The notes below the pieces were generated by a model. The model saw only the letters and a list, made by a program, of their open reading frames with translations. It did not search any database and was not told the DNA's origin. From NCBI GenBank assembly GCA_002269645.1, contig NIVC01001075.1, positions 186,001-250,000 on the forward strand: a stretch of DNA of 64,000 bases, given 5' to 3'. Every line of letters begins with the position of its first letter. The first letter of the stretch is position 1. The stretch is from Macrostomum lignano. Its lineage: Eukaryota. The translations under genes and the position numbers were made by a program. This document shows positions 14,201-28,223 of this stretch, in pieces.

Positions 14201-14779
14201 GAAGGAGGAGAATTCTTTGCCTATTTGAGCTCATTTCGCTCTGCATGAATCTGGATTTAAATTCTAGTCTCAAATTTCCGAGTTGGAACTGCTTGGGAAT
14301 TTTATCCCACTCAGATAGCAGACAGTTCCCTGTTCTATCAAACAATTTTCTGCTCATTGGCACTATTCACAGCCCCTATTATGCGGTGACATGGGCAGGT
14401 TTTTCGGGGATTCAGGATCCCATTGGGGGAAGAGAATTTACATGAGTTGCCTCTTTTTTCTGGGCTCTGCTCAGTTGACTCCGGCTTTTTCTTGAAACGA
14501 GCTGAAAGCAGCTTCAGAACTGCCTTTGAAAGCAGCTGAAAGCTAACTTGTCTGCTCTCTTCTTCTTTGCCGAGGCAGTTCAATTTGTATGCAAATGTCA
14601 GCTTCTGCGGTCGGGTTTGCTGACTGAACTCGACTGAAAAAATACGTTAACTTTATTGAATTTAAAAAAAATTGTGGTAAAACTGAGCATCCAAAAAAAT
14701 TGGATTCTGTGCACGCAGCAAACTACTGTATAGTAGGAATAGCGATTTATGCAATAGGAAATGTTTTTGGTCTTCGGCG

Positions 14780-15720
14780 ATGAGTAGAGGGAGAGAGGAG
14801 AGATGAGACGTAGAGGGAGAGTGAGAGGGAGAGAAAGAAAGGAGGGGAGAGAGGAGAGGGAGGAGAGGAGAGGGAGAGATAAGAGGGAAATAGGAGGAGT
14901 AGAGGGAGAGAGGAGAGCAGATAGAGAAGTTGAGTAATGGATGAGGAGAGGAGAGGGAGAGAGGGGAGGGAGAGAGGAGAGGGAGAGAGGAGAGGGAGAG
15001 AGGAGAGGGAGAGAGAGGAGGGAGAGAGAGGAGAGGGAGAGAGGAGAGAGGGAGAGAGGAGAGAGAGGAGAGGGAGAGAGAGGAGAGGGAGAGAGGAGAG
15101 GGAGAGAGGGGAGGGAGAGAGGAGAGGGAGAGAGAGGAGAGGGAGAGAGGAGATGGAGGGATGAGAGGGAGAGGAAGAAAGGAGGGGAGAGAGAGGAGAG
15201 GGAGAGAGAGGAGAGGGAGAGAGGAGAGGGAGAGAGGAGAGGGAGAGAGGAGAGGGAGAGAGGAGAGGGAGAGAGGAGAGGAAGAGAGGAGAGAGAGAGA
15301 GAGGAGAGGGAGAGAGGAGAGAGAGAGAGGAGAGGGAAGGAGGAGAGGGAGAGAGAGGAGAGGGAGAGAGGAGAGGGAGAGAGGAGAGGGAGAGAGAGAA
15401 GAGGGAGAGAGGAGAGCAGATAGAGAAGCTGACTAATGGATGAGGAGAGGAGAGGGAGAGAGGAGAGGGAGAGAGGAGAGGGAGAGAGAGGAGAGGGAGA
15501 GAGGAGAGGGAGAGAGAGGAGAGGGAGAGAGGAGAGGGAGAGAGAGGAGAGGGAGAGAGAGGAGAGGGAGAGAGAGGAGAGGGAGAGAGGAGAGGGAGAG
15601 AGGAGAGGGAGAGAGAGGAGAGGGAGAGAGAGGAGAGGGAGAGAGGAGAGGGAGAGAGAGGAGAGGGAGAGAGGAGAGGGAGAGAGGAGAGCAGATAGAG
15701 AAGCTGACTAATGGATGAGG
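14780..15720. repeat. poly-purine GAGAG array with higher-order units ending in GCAGATAGAGAAG(C/T)TGA(C/G)TAATGGATGAGG
   Basis: The marker motif recurs three times (~14917, ~15416, ~15692). Confidence 0.95.
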
Positions 15721-16364
15721 GAAAGCAGAAGTGGACAAAGTGAATCTAGGGCAGAGGAATGGGGAGACTCAGCACAGATATCTGTAACATTTGAACACGA
15801 GTTGCGCATGCCAACGGGGCCCATGAAGCGCGAGACAGCCGCCATCTGGCGGTCTCTTGGATTAGAGCCGGAGCCATCCTCCCTACTTCTAGACAGTAGT
15901 ACTGCCCGGAGCAGTAGGCATTAGAATAATCCCCTCTACAATCCTTGATAATCCTAAACTGCTCCAGCCAAGGCGGTACAGCGAGTGATTGATGCGGTGG
16001 GGCTTGAACTGGAGCCTGAGCCCCCGGACTCAACATAATTGCTGGCGGGGCTTCATCAAATCTTCGGAACCGCCCTCGCATGTTCCCGGCTTGCAGCCCG
16101 GCCGGCTCGTTAAGGCCACTCTGGAAAATCTGCTTTTGCTGCTACTGCTGCGGAGTCCTGCAACGCTGTTAAATTCTCTGTCGCCCAGAAGAGAAAAAAT
16201 GTTCTCTAGAAATTCTCCTCCTCCTAGAAGCGACAGACTCTTCGCGAGATTATTCAAATTAACCAATCAGATTTCGGAGGATTGAGGATGACTTGGTAAG
16301 CCGTGAGGCAGGAGGCACTCTCTGGATTGATTTTTATCTCTGAGGTTCTCAGTTGGAAATCTAA

Positions 16365-17232
16365 AGATTCACTCTAGGAAATCTCTAGATTCACTCTAGG
16401 AAATCTCTAGATTCACTCTAGGAAATCTCTAGATTCACTCTAGGAAATCTCTAGATTCACTTTAGGAAATCTCTAGATTCAATCTAGGAAATCTCTTGAT
16501 CCACTTTAGGATATCTCTAGATTCGCTCTATGAAATCCCAAGATCCACTCTAGGAAATCTCTAGATTCAATCTAGGAAATCTCTAAATCCACTCTAGGAA
16601 ATCTCTAGATTCGCTCTATGAAATCCCAAGATCCACTCTAGGAAATCTCTAGATTCAATCTAGGAAATCTCTAAATCCACTCTAGGAAATCTCTAGATCC
16701 ATTCTAAGAAATCTCTACATATAGATTCACTCTAGATAATCTCTAGATTCGCTCTAAGAAATCTCTAGATTCATTCTAGGAAATCTCTAGATCCATTTTA
16801 GGAAATCTCTAGATCCATTCTAGGAAATATCTACATATAGATCCATTCTAGGAAATATCTACATATAGATCCATTCTAGGAAATCTCTAAATTCACCCTA
16901 GGAAATTTCTAGATCCATTCTAGGAAATCTCTACATATAGATTCACAGTAGGAAATCTCTAGATTCGCTCTCTAAAAAATCTCTAGATCCATTCTAGGAA
17001 ATCTCTAAATCCATTCTGTGAAATCTCTAGATCCACTCTAGGAAGTTTCTAGATATAGTTTAGGAAATCTCTACATCCATTCTTGTAAATCTCAAGATCC
17101 ACTCTAGGAAATCTCTAGATTCATTCTAGGAAATCTCTAGATCCATTTTAGGAAATCTCTAGATCCACTCTAGGAAATCTCTAGATCCACTCCAGGAAAT
17201 CTCTAGATCCACTCCAGGAAATCTCTAGATCC
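16365..17232. repeat. 22-bp minisatellite (CTAGGAAATCTCTAGATTCACT)n
   Basis: Direct tandem array, degenerate in the middle. Confidence 0.96.
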
Positions 17233-17909
17233 GCAAAAATCTTACATGACTCTTCCAAATCTTAGAAATTATGTAAGATGTAGGTCCCTATTATCTAGTA
17301 ATAAATCTAGGTTTATATATTAATATATGGCTCGTATTCTATAAGAGCAGACCATAGAGCCATGATCATCTCTGTGCACATAAAATTGCTTGTCTGGACA
17401 AGCGGGCTCCCGAAGGGATTCAAATCCAATTGTCATGAAGCAGGCAGGATGCACTGCCCAGCAACTAAATCGGATTAGGCCTGTGGCTGTGGCGGTGTCT
17501 ATCTGGGGGGGATTAAGCTAGAAGGCGGTGCGTGAGCAGTCGGACTCAAACTGGATTCCCGAGTTCGAGCTGAAATCCAGGAAAAAAATTTATCGCATGA
17601 AACAGCTCCTCAGACATGTGCTTGTTAGCGTCTGGGTTACCGCGTCCAGATTAAAGTGTAAGTAAGAATCTACATGCACATGAGAAACAGAATCCAATGT
17701 GCCTTAATAAGCTGGGCACGGCTCGGATTCTTTGTGGTCGATCGATGCTCTGAGGGGGGGCAGCTGCCGCTCAGACCGACAGGCTCACCGGTGCGTGCAT
17801 TAATACTTGTGCGCCCCACCGACATCTTGGTGAGGGAGACCTGATCAGAGTTTGAGCTACACTTGAGGGATTTGTCCTCAAGGCTGACTAGTTGAGAGCA
17901 TAGGTTTGA

Positions 17910-18278
<369 letters not shown>

Positions 18279-18292
18279 TAGCCCGAGCTCAC

Positions 18293-18379
18293 CTGAGCTT
18301 CCGACTGCAAGTCACCAATGGTTTGCGAAGCCACCAGCCGAGACGCGGCCCCAGATTGAGGCTGCGGAGCCGCCGACAT
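18293..18379 (-). CDS. candidate first coding exon B of the ankyrin gene (MSAAPQPQSGAASRLVASQTIGDLQSEAQ)
   Basis: ATG-initiated, GC-rich 87-nt segment ending CAG|gtgagc (phase 0), compatible with the exon at 4270. The link to ankyrin is inferred from strand and phase only. Confidence 0.3.
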
Positions 18380-19082
18380 CCCTCGCTAGATAATGACTGG
18401 ATTATCTAGGGAGATTATTGAGGAGGCTTAACAATACGCCAATTCGGCAAAGTGCCAAAATGCTTTGAATGATTGCTTCTAAAAAATAGACGTCTGAATC
18501 TCGCCTGGAGGTTTTGACCAATGCGGCAACCCCAGCTGCCTACTATAATATCCTGCTCAGCTGCCCCACCCGTCATCCGGTCTCACCGCGCCCAGCCTCT
18601 CCGCGTCAGTCGGTCTTAGCCAGCAGACTGTCCTGCTCTCCTCTGCTGACATCCTTGAGCTGTTATTGGACCATAGAAGAGTGCGAGAAGGGGAGGAGAG
18701 AGGGAGAGAGGGAGGGGCAGACAGAATTCCGGACGCACTAATTTTTCCCCCAACGCTGAGACGGATTTTAGGGTTGCCGGAGAAGTGCTTCACTGATGCA
18801 TATTTTTGGTCTCGCAGGGAGTCTTGTTGTCTGCGTCTGTCTGGCTGTCTGTGCGGTCTGTCTCCTTCCTGTCCTTCGTCTCCCTGTAGCCTGAATTGCG
18901 CGTTAAGTGTTCTTCAACCTCTGTGGGGTGCCAATGGTTTCGGCATTCAAGAGCGCCGTGGAGAAGCTTGGCTGAGCAAACCAATAAAATGGGAAAACTT
19001 CTGGCGTCTAGGGATTATGGAAAGGGATTTTAGATTGTCTTCTTTAGAGCTCGTCTGTTTGAGGTCTGTTTTTTCTCACTTT

Positions 19083-20125
19083 CTTAGTGTCTGTTTTAAT
19101 GTCTGTCTAAGTGTCTGTCTGAGTGTCTGTCTGAGTGTCTGTCTGAGTGTCTGTCTGAGTATCTGTCTGAGTGTCTGTCTGAGTGTCTGTCTGAGTGTCT
19201 GTCTGAGTGTCTGTCTGAGTGTCTGTCTGAGTGTCTGTCTGAGTGTCTGTCTGAGTGTCTGTCTGAGTGTCTGTCTGAGTGTCTGTCTGTCTGAGTGTCT
19301 GTCTGAGTATCTGTCTGAGTGTCTGTCTGAGTGTCTGTCTGAGTGTCTGTCTGAGTGTCTGTCTGAGTGTCTGTCTGAGTGTCTGTCTGAGTGTCTGTCT
19401 GAGTGTCTGTCTGAGTGTCTGTCTGAGTGTCTGTCTGAGTGTCTGTCTGAGTGTCTGTCTGAGTGTCTGTCTGAGTATCTGTCTGAGTGTCTGTCTGAGT
19501 GTCTGTCTGAGTGTCTGTCTGAGTATCTGTCTGAGTGTCTGTCTGAGTGTCTGTCTGAGTGTCTGTCTGAGTGTCTGTCTGAGTGTCTGTCTGAGTGTCT
19601 GTCTGAGTGTCTGTCTGAGTGTCTGTCTGAGTGTCTGTCTGTCTGTCTGTCTGAGTGTCAGTCTGAGTGTCTGTCTGAGTGTCTGTCTGTCTGTCTGTCT
19701 GAGTGTCTGTCTGAGTGTCTGTCTGAGTGTCTGCCTCAGTGTCTGTCTGAGTGTCTGTCTGAGTGTCTGTCTGAGTGTCTGTCTTAGTGTCTGTCTTAGT
19801 GTCTGTCTTAGTGTCTGTCTGAGTGTCTGTCTGAGTGTCTGTCTGAGTGTCTGTCTGAGTGTCTGTCTGAGTATCTGTCTGAGTGTCTGTCTGAGTGTCT
19901 GTCTGAGTGTCTGTCTGAGTGTCTGTCTGAGTGTCTGTCTGAGTGTCTGTCTGTCTGTCTGTCTGAGTGTCTGTCTGAGTGTCTGTCTGAGTGTCTGTCT
20001 GAGTGTCTGTCTGAGTGTCTGTCTGTCTGTCTGTCTGAGTGTCTGTCTGAGTGTCTGTCTGAGTGTCTGTCCGAGTGTCTGTCTGAGTGTCTGATTGTCT
20101 GTCTGAGTGTCTGTCCGAGTGTCTT
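19083..20125. repeat. 12-bp (CTGAGTGTCTGT)n
   Basis: Direct tandem array. Confidence 0.98.
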
Positions 20126-20849
20126 TCAGCCTGTCCGCCACATGCCCCAGTGCAGCTGGGTGATCATCTCCCCAGCCGCAGATGAAGCTTCGGTGCCTAC
20201 TAAAAAATACATGCTCAGCTTGAATATTTAAAATTTTGTTCCTCAGCAGCAGCTGTCGGACTAAGTAAAGCAGCAAATGGCTCTTTTGCTTCCAGAAGAG
20301 AAGAAATGACACAAGGAGTCGGAGCCGACAGGGCTGCATCTTGAGGAGATTGGTTTGCTCAGAGAATTCCTCGCTCTAGTTGCCTCCAAAGCTGCCACTC
20401 AGCCGTCCCTCTTGGCCGCGCGGCTTTTCCAAGAAACCTCTCTTGTGTCCGGGCAAAGTTCAATAATTAACTTCCCCTTGGCAACTCCTCCTGCTGAGGA
20501 CTAAGGTTCTAGAATAGATTTGCTTTCTACCACTGCCGGCCCTCCCGCCTCCTTCATCCAACAGGCACCCATCTCCCATCTCAGCCACTCTGTCTCGCGT
20601 GGCCAATTTCCTTGCGGCTTCTAAAATGGCTGACTGGGGGGCAGTTGGGAGTGAAAGACTGGGAAAGTAATTTGCCCGACTGACTTTGTTTCGACCGGAT
20701 CTGTCGCTAGGGACTGTGGCTGCGTATTCCTTTTATAGTATCTGAGTCTCCTTGGGTTTTATTTTTCTAGAAGATTTCTGAATTTTATGGTTTCGATTAG
20801 ACTTTTCCATTTGAAGAGTAGACATGCTCGTAGATGATGGGAGATGATA

Positions 20850-22142
20850 GATGAGGATATTAATGAATGATAGCTAATGTTAGACGATTGGTGAATGATT
20901 ATGGATGATGGCAGATGATGGAAGATGATAGCAGATGATGGAAGATGATGGTAGATGATGGCAGATGATAGTAGATGATGGTAGATGATGATAGATGATG
21001 ATAGATGATGGTAGATGACAGCAGATGACGGTAGATGATGGTAGATGATGTTGGATGATAGTAGATGATGGTAGATGATGGTAGATGATGGTAGATGATG
21101 GTAGATGATGATAGATGATAGTAGATGATGGTAGATGATGGTAGATGATGGTAGATGATGGCAGATGATAGTAGATGATGGTAGATGATGATAAATGATG
21201 GTAGATGATGGTAGATGATAATAGATGATAGTAGATGATGATAGATGATAGTAGATGATGGTAGATGATGGTAGATGATGATAGATGATGGTAGATGATG
21301 GTAGATGATAGTAGATGATGGTAGATGATGGAAGTTGATGGTAGATGATGGCAGATGATGGTAGATGATAATAGATGACGGTAGATGATGGAAGTTGATG
21401 GTAGATGATGGCAGATGATAGTAGATGATGGTAGATGATGATAAATGATGGTAGATGATGGTAGATGATAATAGATGATAGTAGATGATGATAGATGATA
21501 GTAGATGATGGTAGATGATGGTAGATGATGATAGATGATGGTAGATGATGGTAGATGATAGTAGATGATGATAGATGATAGTAGATGATGGTAGATGATG
21601 GTAGATGATGGTAGATGATGGTAGATGATGGTAGATGATGGTAGATGATGGTAGATGATGATAGATGATAGTAGATGATGGTAGATGATGGTAGATGATG
21701 GTAGATGATAGTAGATGATGGTAGATGATGGTAGATGATGGTAGATGATGGTAGATGATGGTCGATGATGGTAGATGATGGTAGATGATGGTAGATGATG
21801 GTAGATGATGGTAGATGATGGTAGATGATGGTAGATGATGGTCGATGATGGTAGATGATGGTAGATGATGGTAGATGATGGTAGATGATAGTAGATGATG
21901 GTAGATGATGATAGATGATGGCAGATGATGGTAGATGATGGTAGATGATGGTAAATGATGGTAGATGATGGTAGATGATATTAGATGATGGTAGATGATG
22001 GTAGATGACGGTAGATGACGGTAGATGATGGTAGATGATGGTAGATGATACTAGATGATGGTAGATGATGGTAGATGACGGTAGATGACGGTAGATGATG
22101 GTAGATGATGGTAGATGATACTAGATGATGGTAGATAATGAT
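20850..22142. repeat. 10-bp (GTAGATGATG)n
   Basis: Direct tandem array. Confidence 0.98.
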
Positions 22143-22749
22143 GAATCCAGCGTAAAACTCCTTTCATTTAATTTTTCTAAAGTACATTGGGTTGTTTTTT
22201 CCTCAAACTAAAGTTTTTACAATCCATCACTTTTGCCACTGCAGCATTGATGGGAAAGCATTGTAAAAACGCTCCAATGAAGCTGTCAAATTTATCTGTC
22301 AATTACTCAAACTGGTGTTGAAATGGCAGGGCAGAGGGGGACCCAGGAGACTAATAGGAACGAGAAGGCAGTTAAAATATAAAATAATTGCAATATTTAT
22401 ATCCTTAGTCCTGCAGTGTGTATTTTCTGCCCATCTAGCCCAATATAAGATAAAAATCCCAGACATTACGAGTAAATCCTATAAATTAATCACCCGCCCG
22501 GAAACCAAAGGGGTCCCATTTTATGGACACACGCAAGTCTGCGATCGGAATTGCTTGGCAAACATTAGAAAGTCGGGGGAGATTGGAGAGAGAAAACCGG
22601 GAAGACTGGCTCGCTACCCATTGGAAAGATCATTGATTTAATTGGCGAAAGTCAGATAAATAGAAAACTGGGTTGGTGGCTTGGCTGTTGAGGCTACTGC
22701 ATCAATAATATAACTGTGTCATGCACCATTGCGGCACATTGCAGTCCTT

Positions 22750-22995
22750 GCAGGAGAGGAGAGGAGAGGAGAGGAGAGGAGAGGAGACGAGACGAGAGGA
22801 GAGGAGACGAGAGGAGAGGAGAGGAGAGGAGAGGAGACGAGACGAGAGGAGAGGAGACGAGAGGAGAGGAGAGGAGAGGAGAGGAGAGGAGACGAGAGGA
22901 GGAGAGGAGAGGAGAAAGAAGAGGAGAGAGTGGAGCGGAGCGAGGAGAGGAGAGAGGGGAGAAGAGAAGAGATAGTGGAGAGAAGAGGAGAGAGA
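22750..22995. repeat. (GAGAG)n/(GAGAC)n pentanucleotide array
   Basis: Direct array. Confidence 0.95.
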
Positions 22996-23344
22996 GCGGA
23001 GTTAGCCAACCCCAAAAGCAGTACCACGGCAACGCAGATGTTTAGGCAAGTAAGTGCTGATATTTCGAATATTTCATAGTCTTCCTCAGGCCTAATAATT
23101 GAGAGGAGAGGAGGAGACAGTTAACAAAGAGACGGAATCAAGAATCCAATTAGGTTAGAAACTCATCACAGACAGGAAAATGACCCTCGATAATTTTCCC
23201 GCCTCTGTCTATTTCCCGTCAGCGTAATGGTGGGAATGAATATCCTGTTTTGGGACAATCTCTTTCTTTTGCCCAGCCAGAGTTGTAGGCTGCCTTGCAT
23301 CTTTCAAGAGAAACACCATGAGACACCCAATTCGAGTACAGATA

Positions 23345-23982
<638 letters not shown>

Positions 23983-24454
23983 CTCCCTATCCCATGACTC
24001 CCTAAGCCTCCCCCATCAGCTGACATTAAAGGTGCTCATGAACAGTTCAATGGCCAGAGAAGGGTATCCCGGCTGCAATAATTCCCGGCCAGATCACTGA
24101 ACTGAGAGACTATAATACTTTGCCTAGACTGGAACATAAAAACGTAGATGGTAATCAGATGCCTAAGCGGATGATGATTATTACTTTTTATTTGAGTCCG
24201 CAGCAACTCAGCGTTGAGTGGCGGCTTGCGTGAGCGAGAGAGAGCGAGAGCGAGAGCGAGAGAGAGAGAGAGAGAATGAAAACAGTTCCAGACAGGCAGG
24301 AAGGCTGGCTGATTGAGAGATAAGGATGATAAATTATAGATTTGGCTACTGACTCAATAAGTTGCACGTATCGATTCATGCACGTTCATTTTTAAAGGAT
24401 CAGCTAGACGCGACCAATTCGTTTTTTAACGAAAATAATTCTTTGCACATGTGC

Positions 24455-25398
24455 TTTTGCGCTTCTGTTTTGGCGCTTCTGTTTTAAGCGCTTCTGTTTT
24501 GGCGCTATTATTTTGGCGCTACTGTATTGGCGCCAAACTGTTTTGGCGCCAAACTGTTTTGGTGCCAAACTGTTTTGGCGCTATTTTTTTGGCGCTACTG
24601 TATTGGCGCCAAACTGTATTGGCGCCAAACTGTTTTGGCGCTGTTGTTTTGGCGCTACTGTTTTGGCGCTTCTGTTTTGGCGCTATTGTTTTGGCGCTAC
24701 TGTTTTGGCGCTTCTGTTTTGGCGCTACTGTTTTGGCGCTTCTGTTTTGGCGCTATAGTTATGGCGCTTCTGTTTTGGCGCTATTGTTATGGCGCTTCTG
24801 TTTTGGCGCTTCTGTTTTGGCGCTACTGTTTTGGCGCTTCTGTTTTGGCGCTATTGTTATGGCGCTTCTGTTTTGGCGCTACTGTTTTGGCGCTATTGTT
24901 ATGGCGCTTCTGTTTTGGCGCTATTGTTTTGGCGCTACTGTTTTGGCGCTTCTGTTTTGGCGCTACTGTTTTGGCGCTTCTGTTTTGGCGCTTCTGTTTT
25001 GGCGCTACTGTTTTGGCGCTTCTCTTTTGGCGCTATTGTTTTGGCGCTACTGTTTTGGCGCTTCTGTTTTGGCACCAAACTGTTTTGGCGCTACTGTTTT
25101 GGCGCTTCTGTTTTGGCGCTTCTGTTTTGGCGCTTCTGTTTTGGCGCTTCTGTTTTGGCGCTACTGTTTTGGCACCAAACTGTTTTGGCGCTATTATTTT
25201 GGCGCCAAACGGTTTTTGCGCTTCTGTTTTGGCGCTGTTGTTTAGGCGCTACTTTTTTAGCGCTTCTGTTTTGGCGCTGCAGTTTTGGCGCTATTATTTT
25301 GGCGCCAAACGGTTTTTGCGCTTCTGTTTTGGCGCTGTTGTATAGGCGCTACTGTTTTAGCGGTTCTTTTTTTTGCGCTGCAGTTTTGGCGCTATTTT
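24455..25398. repeat. 14-bp minisatellite (TTTTGGCGCTACTG / TTTTGGCGCTTCTG)n
   Basis: Direct tandem array with GGCGCCAAAC variants. Confidence 0.97.
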
Positions 25399-25992
25399 GA
25401 AATCCCGACCACGGTTAGGCTCAAGATTTAGCATCAAGCTGAATATCAAAGAACTTTTAGAGATTTTGCTCTTCGAGTCTTTGCTGTTCGTCTGCAGACA
25501 CGAAACTGCTTGTAAAGAGGAAAATTTGCATCCAAACTCCTCCTCTTTCTACTCGTCTCTGTCAATCTCTTCCTCTCCTCTTCCCATCTTCTTACAGCCT
25601 CCACTTTGTAATCCTATAGCCCTTCGCTTCAGCTTACGAGTTTTTGCAGATTTCTGCAACAAGACGAGGCGAGCAACTCGCAAGCATTATTTAACTCACC
25701 AAGGTCAGGCTCTTGACTGGTAAACACTTGTAGATACTTTCGATAGTTGTTTTTATTTCCAGAAGATATTGGTTTCCTACTGACAGGTACGCGATGTACT
25801 TTTAAAAAAACACTTTTTACAAATGTCATTGCAATCAATATTGCTGAATATACTGCAAAGCGAAGCTATGTACATTGAATTCAATGAAATTAAGGGCTGA
25901 CGCTATTGACGACTGAAGCAGATGGCTGCTGCACAGAATCCATTGGCGAGGTAGAAGATATGAAATTTTTAGTGCTGAAAATTCACAATTCA

Positions 25993-26153
<161 letters not shown>

Positions 26154-27048
26154 ATTTTTAGCTTAAAAAAACTGCTAACGTCCTGCCTCGGTGACGCATT
26201 TTGCAGCAAAAAACCGCGGCCTCCAGCAAAATTTTCACGATCTGAGAGTTCAGCTCCCTTCTGCTTTACCGTAAGTTGTTTTTACACAGATTGGGGGTGA
26301 TGCAGTCCCAGTTACTGTTGTTATGACGGTCACAGTGCGGTCTCTCGCACGCCAGCGTTGGCCATCAGAAAAATCTCGCACGCTGGGAAGCCGCTGTCCG
26401 AGGAGAAACTCACAGCGGGGTGCCTCTGTGAGCGATGATTTCGTTTCCGGTTATCGTCAGCCTCGCAGTTGGTCTCGGCCGCGGTGATGGCGGTGGTGTC
26501 GAAGGTCCGGCCTGCGGTCAGGCAACCGGGGCAGAAGGTTGGGACGTCATCATGACTCTCACGAGTTAAAGCAGGAATCTTTCGTTTTTACTTATAGTAG
26601 TATTATTTCACAGTCATTGTATCGTTTCATTGTGCCGAATTTGATGTTATTGCAACCTCACATCCGTCATATGGTCGTGAACACGTTCAATGTAGCTTAG
26701 TTTTAGCCGCTATAGAAACTATAACAGAGTCTACTGAAGAGTAGCTAGAAAAGAATTTAAAGGCTGTATATGTGTCTGTCTTAGTGTCTGGGTGTCTGTC
26801 TGAGTGTCTGTCTGTCTTAGTGTCTGTATTAGTGTCTGTCTTAGTGTCTGTCTTAGTGTTTGTCTTAGTGTTTGTCTTAGTGTCTGTCTGTCTGTCTGTC
26901 TGTCTGCCTGCCTGTCTGCCTGTGATTGTGCTGCCATCTGTCAAACATTGGTTTGCTTCGTCCATATTGTTTCTCATTGGAATTCTCAGCGAGCTACCAG
27001 AGTTTCTGGTTCCTGGTTCAGAAGGTAGACGAAGCTGTTTTGCGTCAT

Positions 27049-27543
27049 TCAAATGAGCCAATTACAAAGAGCCCCTGACTCACGGGACTCCATTGGTGAA
27101 TCGTCGATGTACCGGGACACTCTACGAGAGCTTTTGGGCGACGTCGTCGACTCTTCTCTGTTCTTCGTAGCTTCGCACGCTGGCAGGGCGCCGTTTTTAG
27201 CGCCACCAGCGTCACTGAGCACCACAGCAGCGGTGGTTGTTGCGGTCCATCCGGCCCTCTCGTCGAACACGCTGTCTTCTTCATCCGCCGCGGTGCCGCC
27301 TGCCGTGGTCGCTGCTTCGCCCTCCGATCCGGACGTTGTAGTTCGCGCGCGCACCAGCAGCGGCCGTTTCTGAGGCGAGAACATCGGCCGCCGGTCGCTG
27401 CCGCCGCGGACGCTGGACGAATTGGCTCGGCGAACGTTTTTGTGCGGCTGAAACAGCACGATGTAGACTTTGGTGGCGAACATGCAGCCGAGGGTCACCG
27501 CGGCGCTGATGCTGATGCACACGCAGAGGGCCGTCTGCTTGAT
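27049..27543 (-). CDS. GRM: mGluR-family class C GPCR, exon 7 (TM7 and cytoplasmic tail)
   Basis: ctctcag|ATC; encodes IKQTALCVCISISAAVTLGCMFATKVYIVLFQPHKNVRR... to TGA at 27049. An internal donor at 27083 may give an alternative end. Confidence 0.9.
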   Translation of the reverse strand: MKQTALCVCISISAAVTLGCMFATKVYIVLFQPHKNVRRANSSSVRGGSDRRPMFSPQKRPLLVRARTTTSGSEGEAATTAGGTAADEEDSVFDERAGWTATTTAAVVLSDAGGAKNGALPACEATKNREESTTSPKSSRRVSRYIDDSPMESRESGALCNWLI

Positions 27544-27724
27544 CTGAGAGGGCCAGGTGTGGTGGATGAAACTTTTTTAAGTTTTACAGACACATTCGCA
27601 TAGACACAAATATGGACATGTTGGCAAGGAATCGCTGGGATGTCAATGATAAATCAGAATTATGCCAAAATCTTCTACGATTCTGCTATTCTACTAATAG
27701 TACAGTTCAACGCGCAGATCATAC

Positions 27725-28012
27725 CCGAAAATTCTTCAACGATCCAAAGTAGATGGGTATAAAAGCCAGCCACACAATGCACGTTGAATACATGGTAAAC
27801 GCGATGTATTTCGCTTCGTTGAAGTTCTCCGGAATGTTCCTGGTCTTGAACGCGTAGATGGTGCACAGTGCAATGAGGATCATGTTGTACAGCAGGGATA
27901 CAATAATGGACGCGTCGTCCACAGCGCAGCGCAGCACCTTGTGGTCCCGGTCGGGATAGTCCAGCCGCGTCCTGGGCAGCTCCATTCCCAGCCAGGTGAT
28001 GTCTCCGATCAC
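27725..28012 (-). CDS. GRM: mGluR exon 6 (TM4 end to TM6)
   Basis: 288 nt, gttcag|GTG...CGG|gtatga; contains KTRNIPENFNEAKYIAFTMYSTCIVWLAFIPIYFGS, the class C ICL3/TM6 signature. Confidence 0.96.
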
Positions 28013-28223
28013 CTGAACAGGAAGGCGTTTCATGAGCTCGGAACTTCAATATCTTCAAAAAGTCTTGATACCTTCATAGTCACTTTCGCTGGCTTGAAGG
28101 GTGACTAAGGGGATACAAGTGGAGAATAGAGGCCGGAAGACACACACAAAAGACTTTACCTACACAGAGACCAGACATACAAGTGGAGAGTAGAGGCCGG
28201 AAGGCACACACAAAAGACTTCAC

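Noticed and set aside
15715-16290. GC-rich region with ORFs in several frames
   Set aside because: Stops interrupt every plausible frame; no motif.
27053-27520. Plus-strand and alternate-frame ORFs over mGluR exons (also 31928-32650 and 34393-34836)
   Set aside because: Shadow ORFs of GC-rich coding exons.
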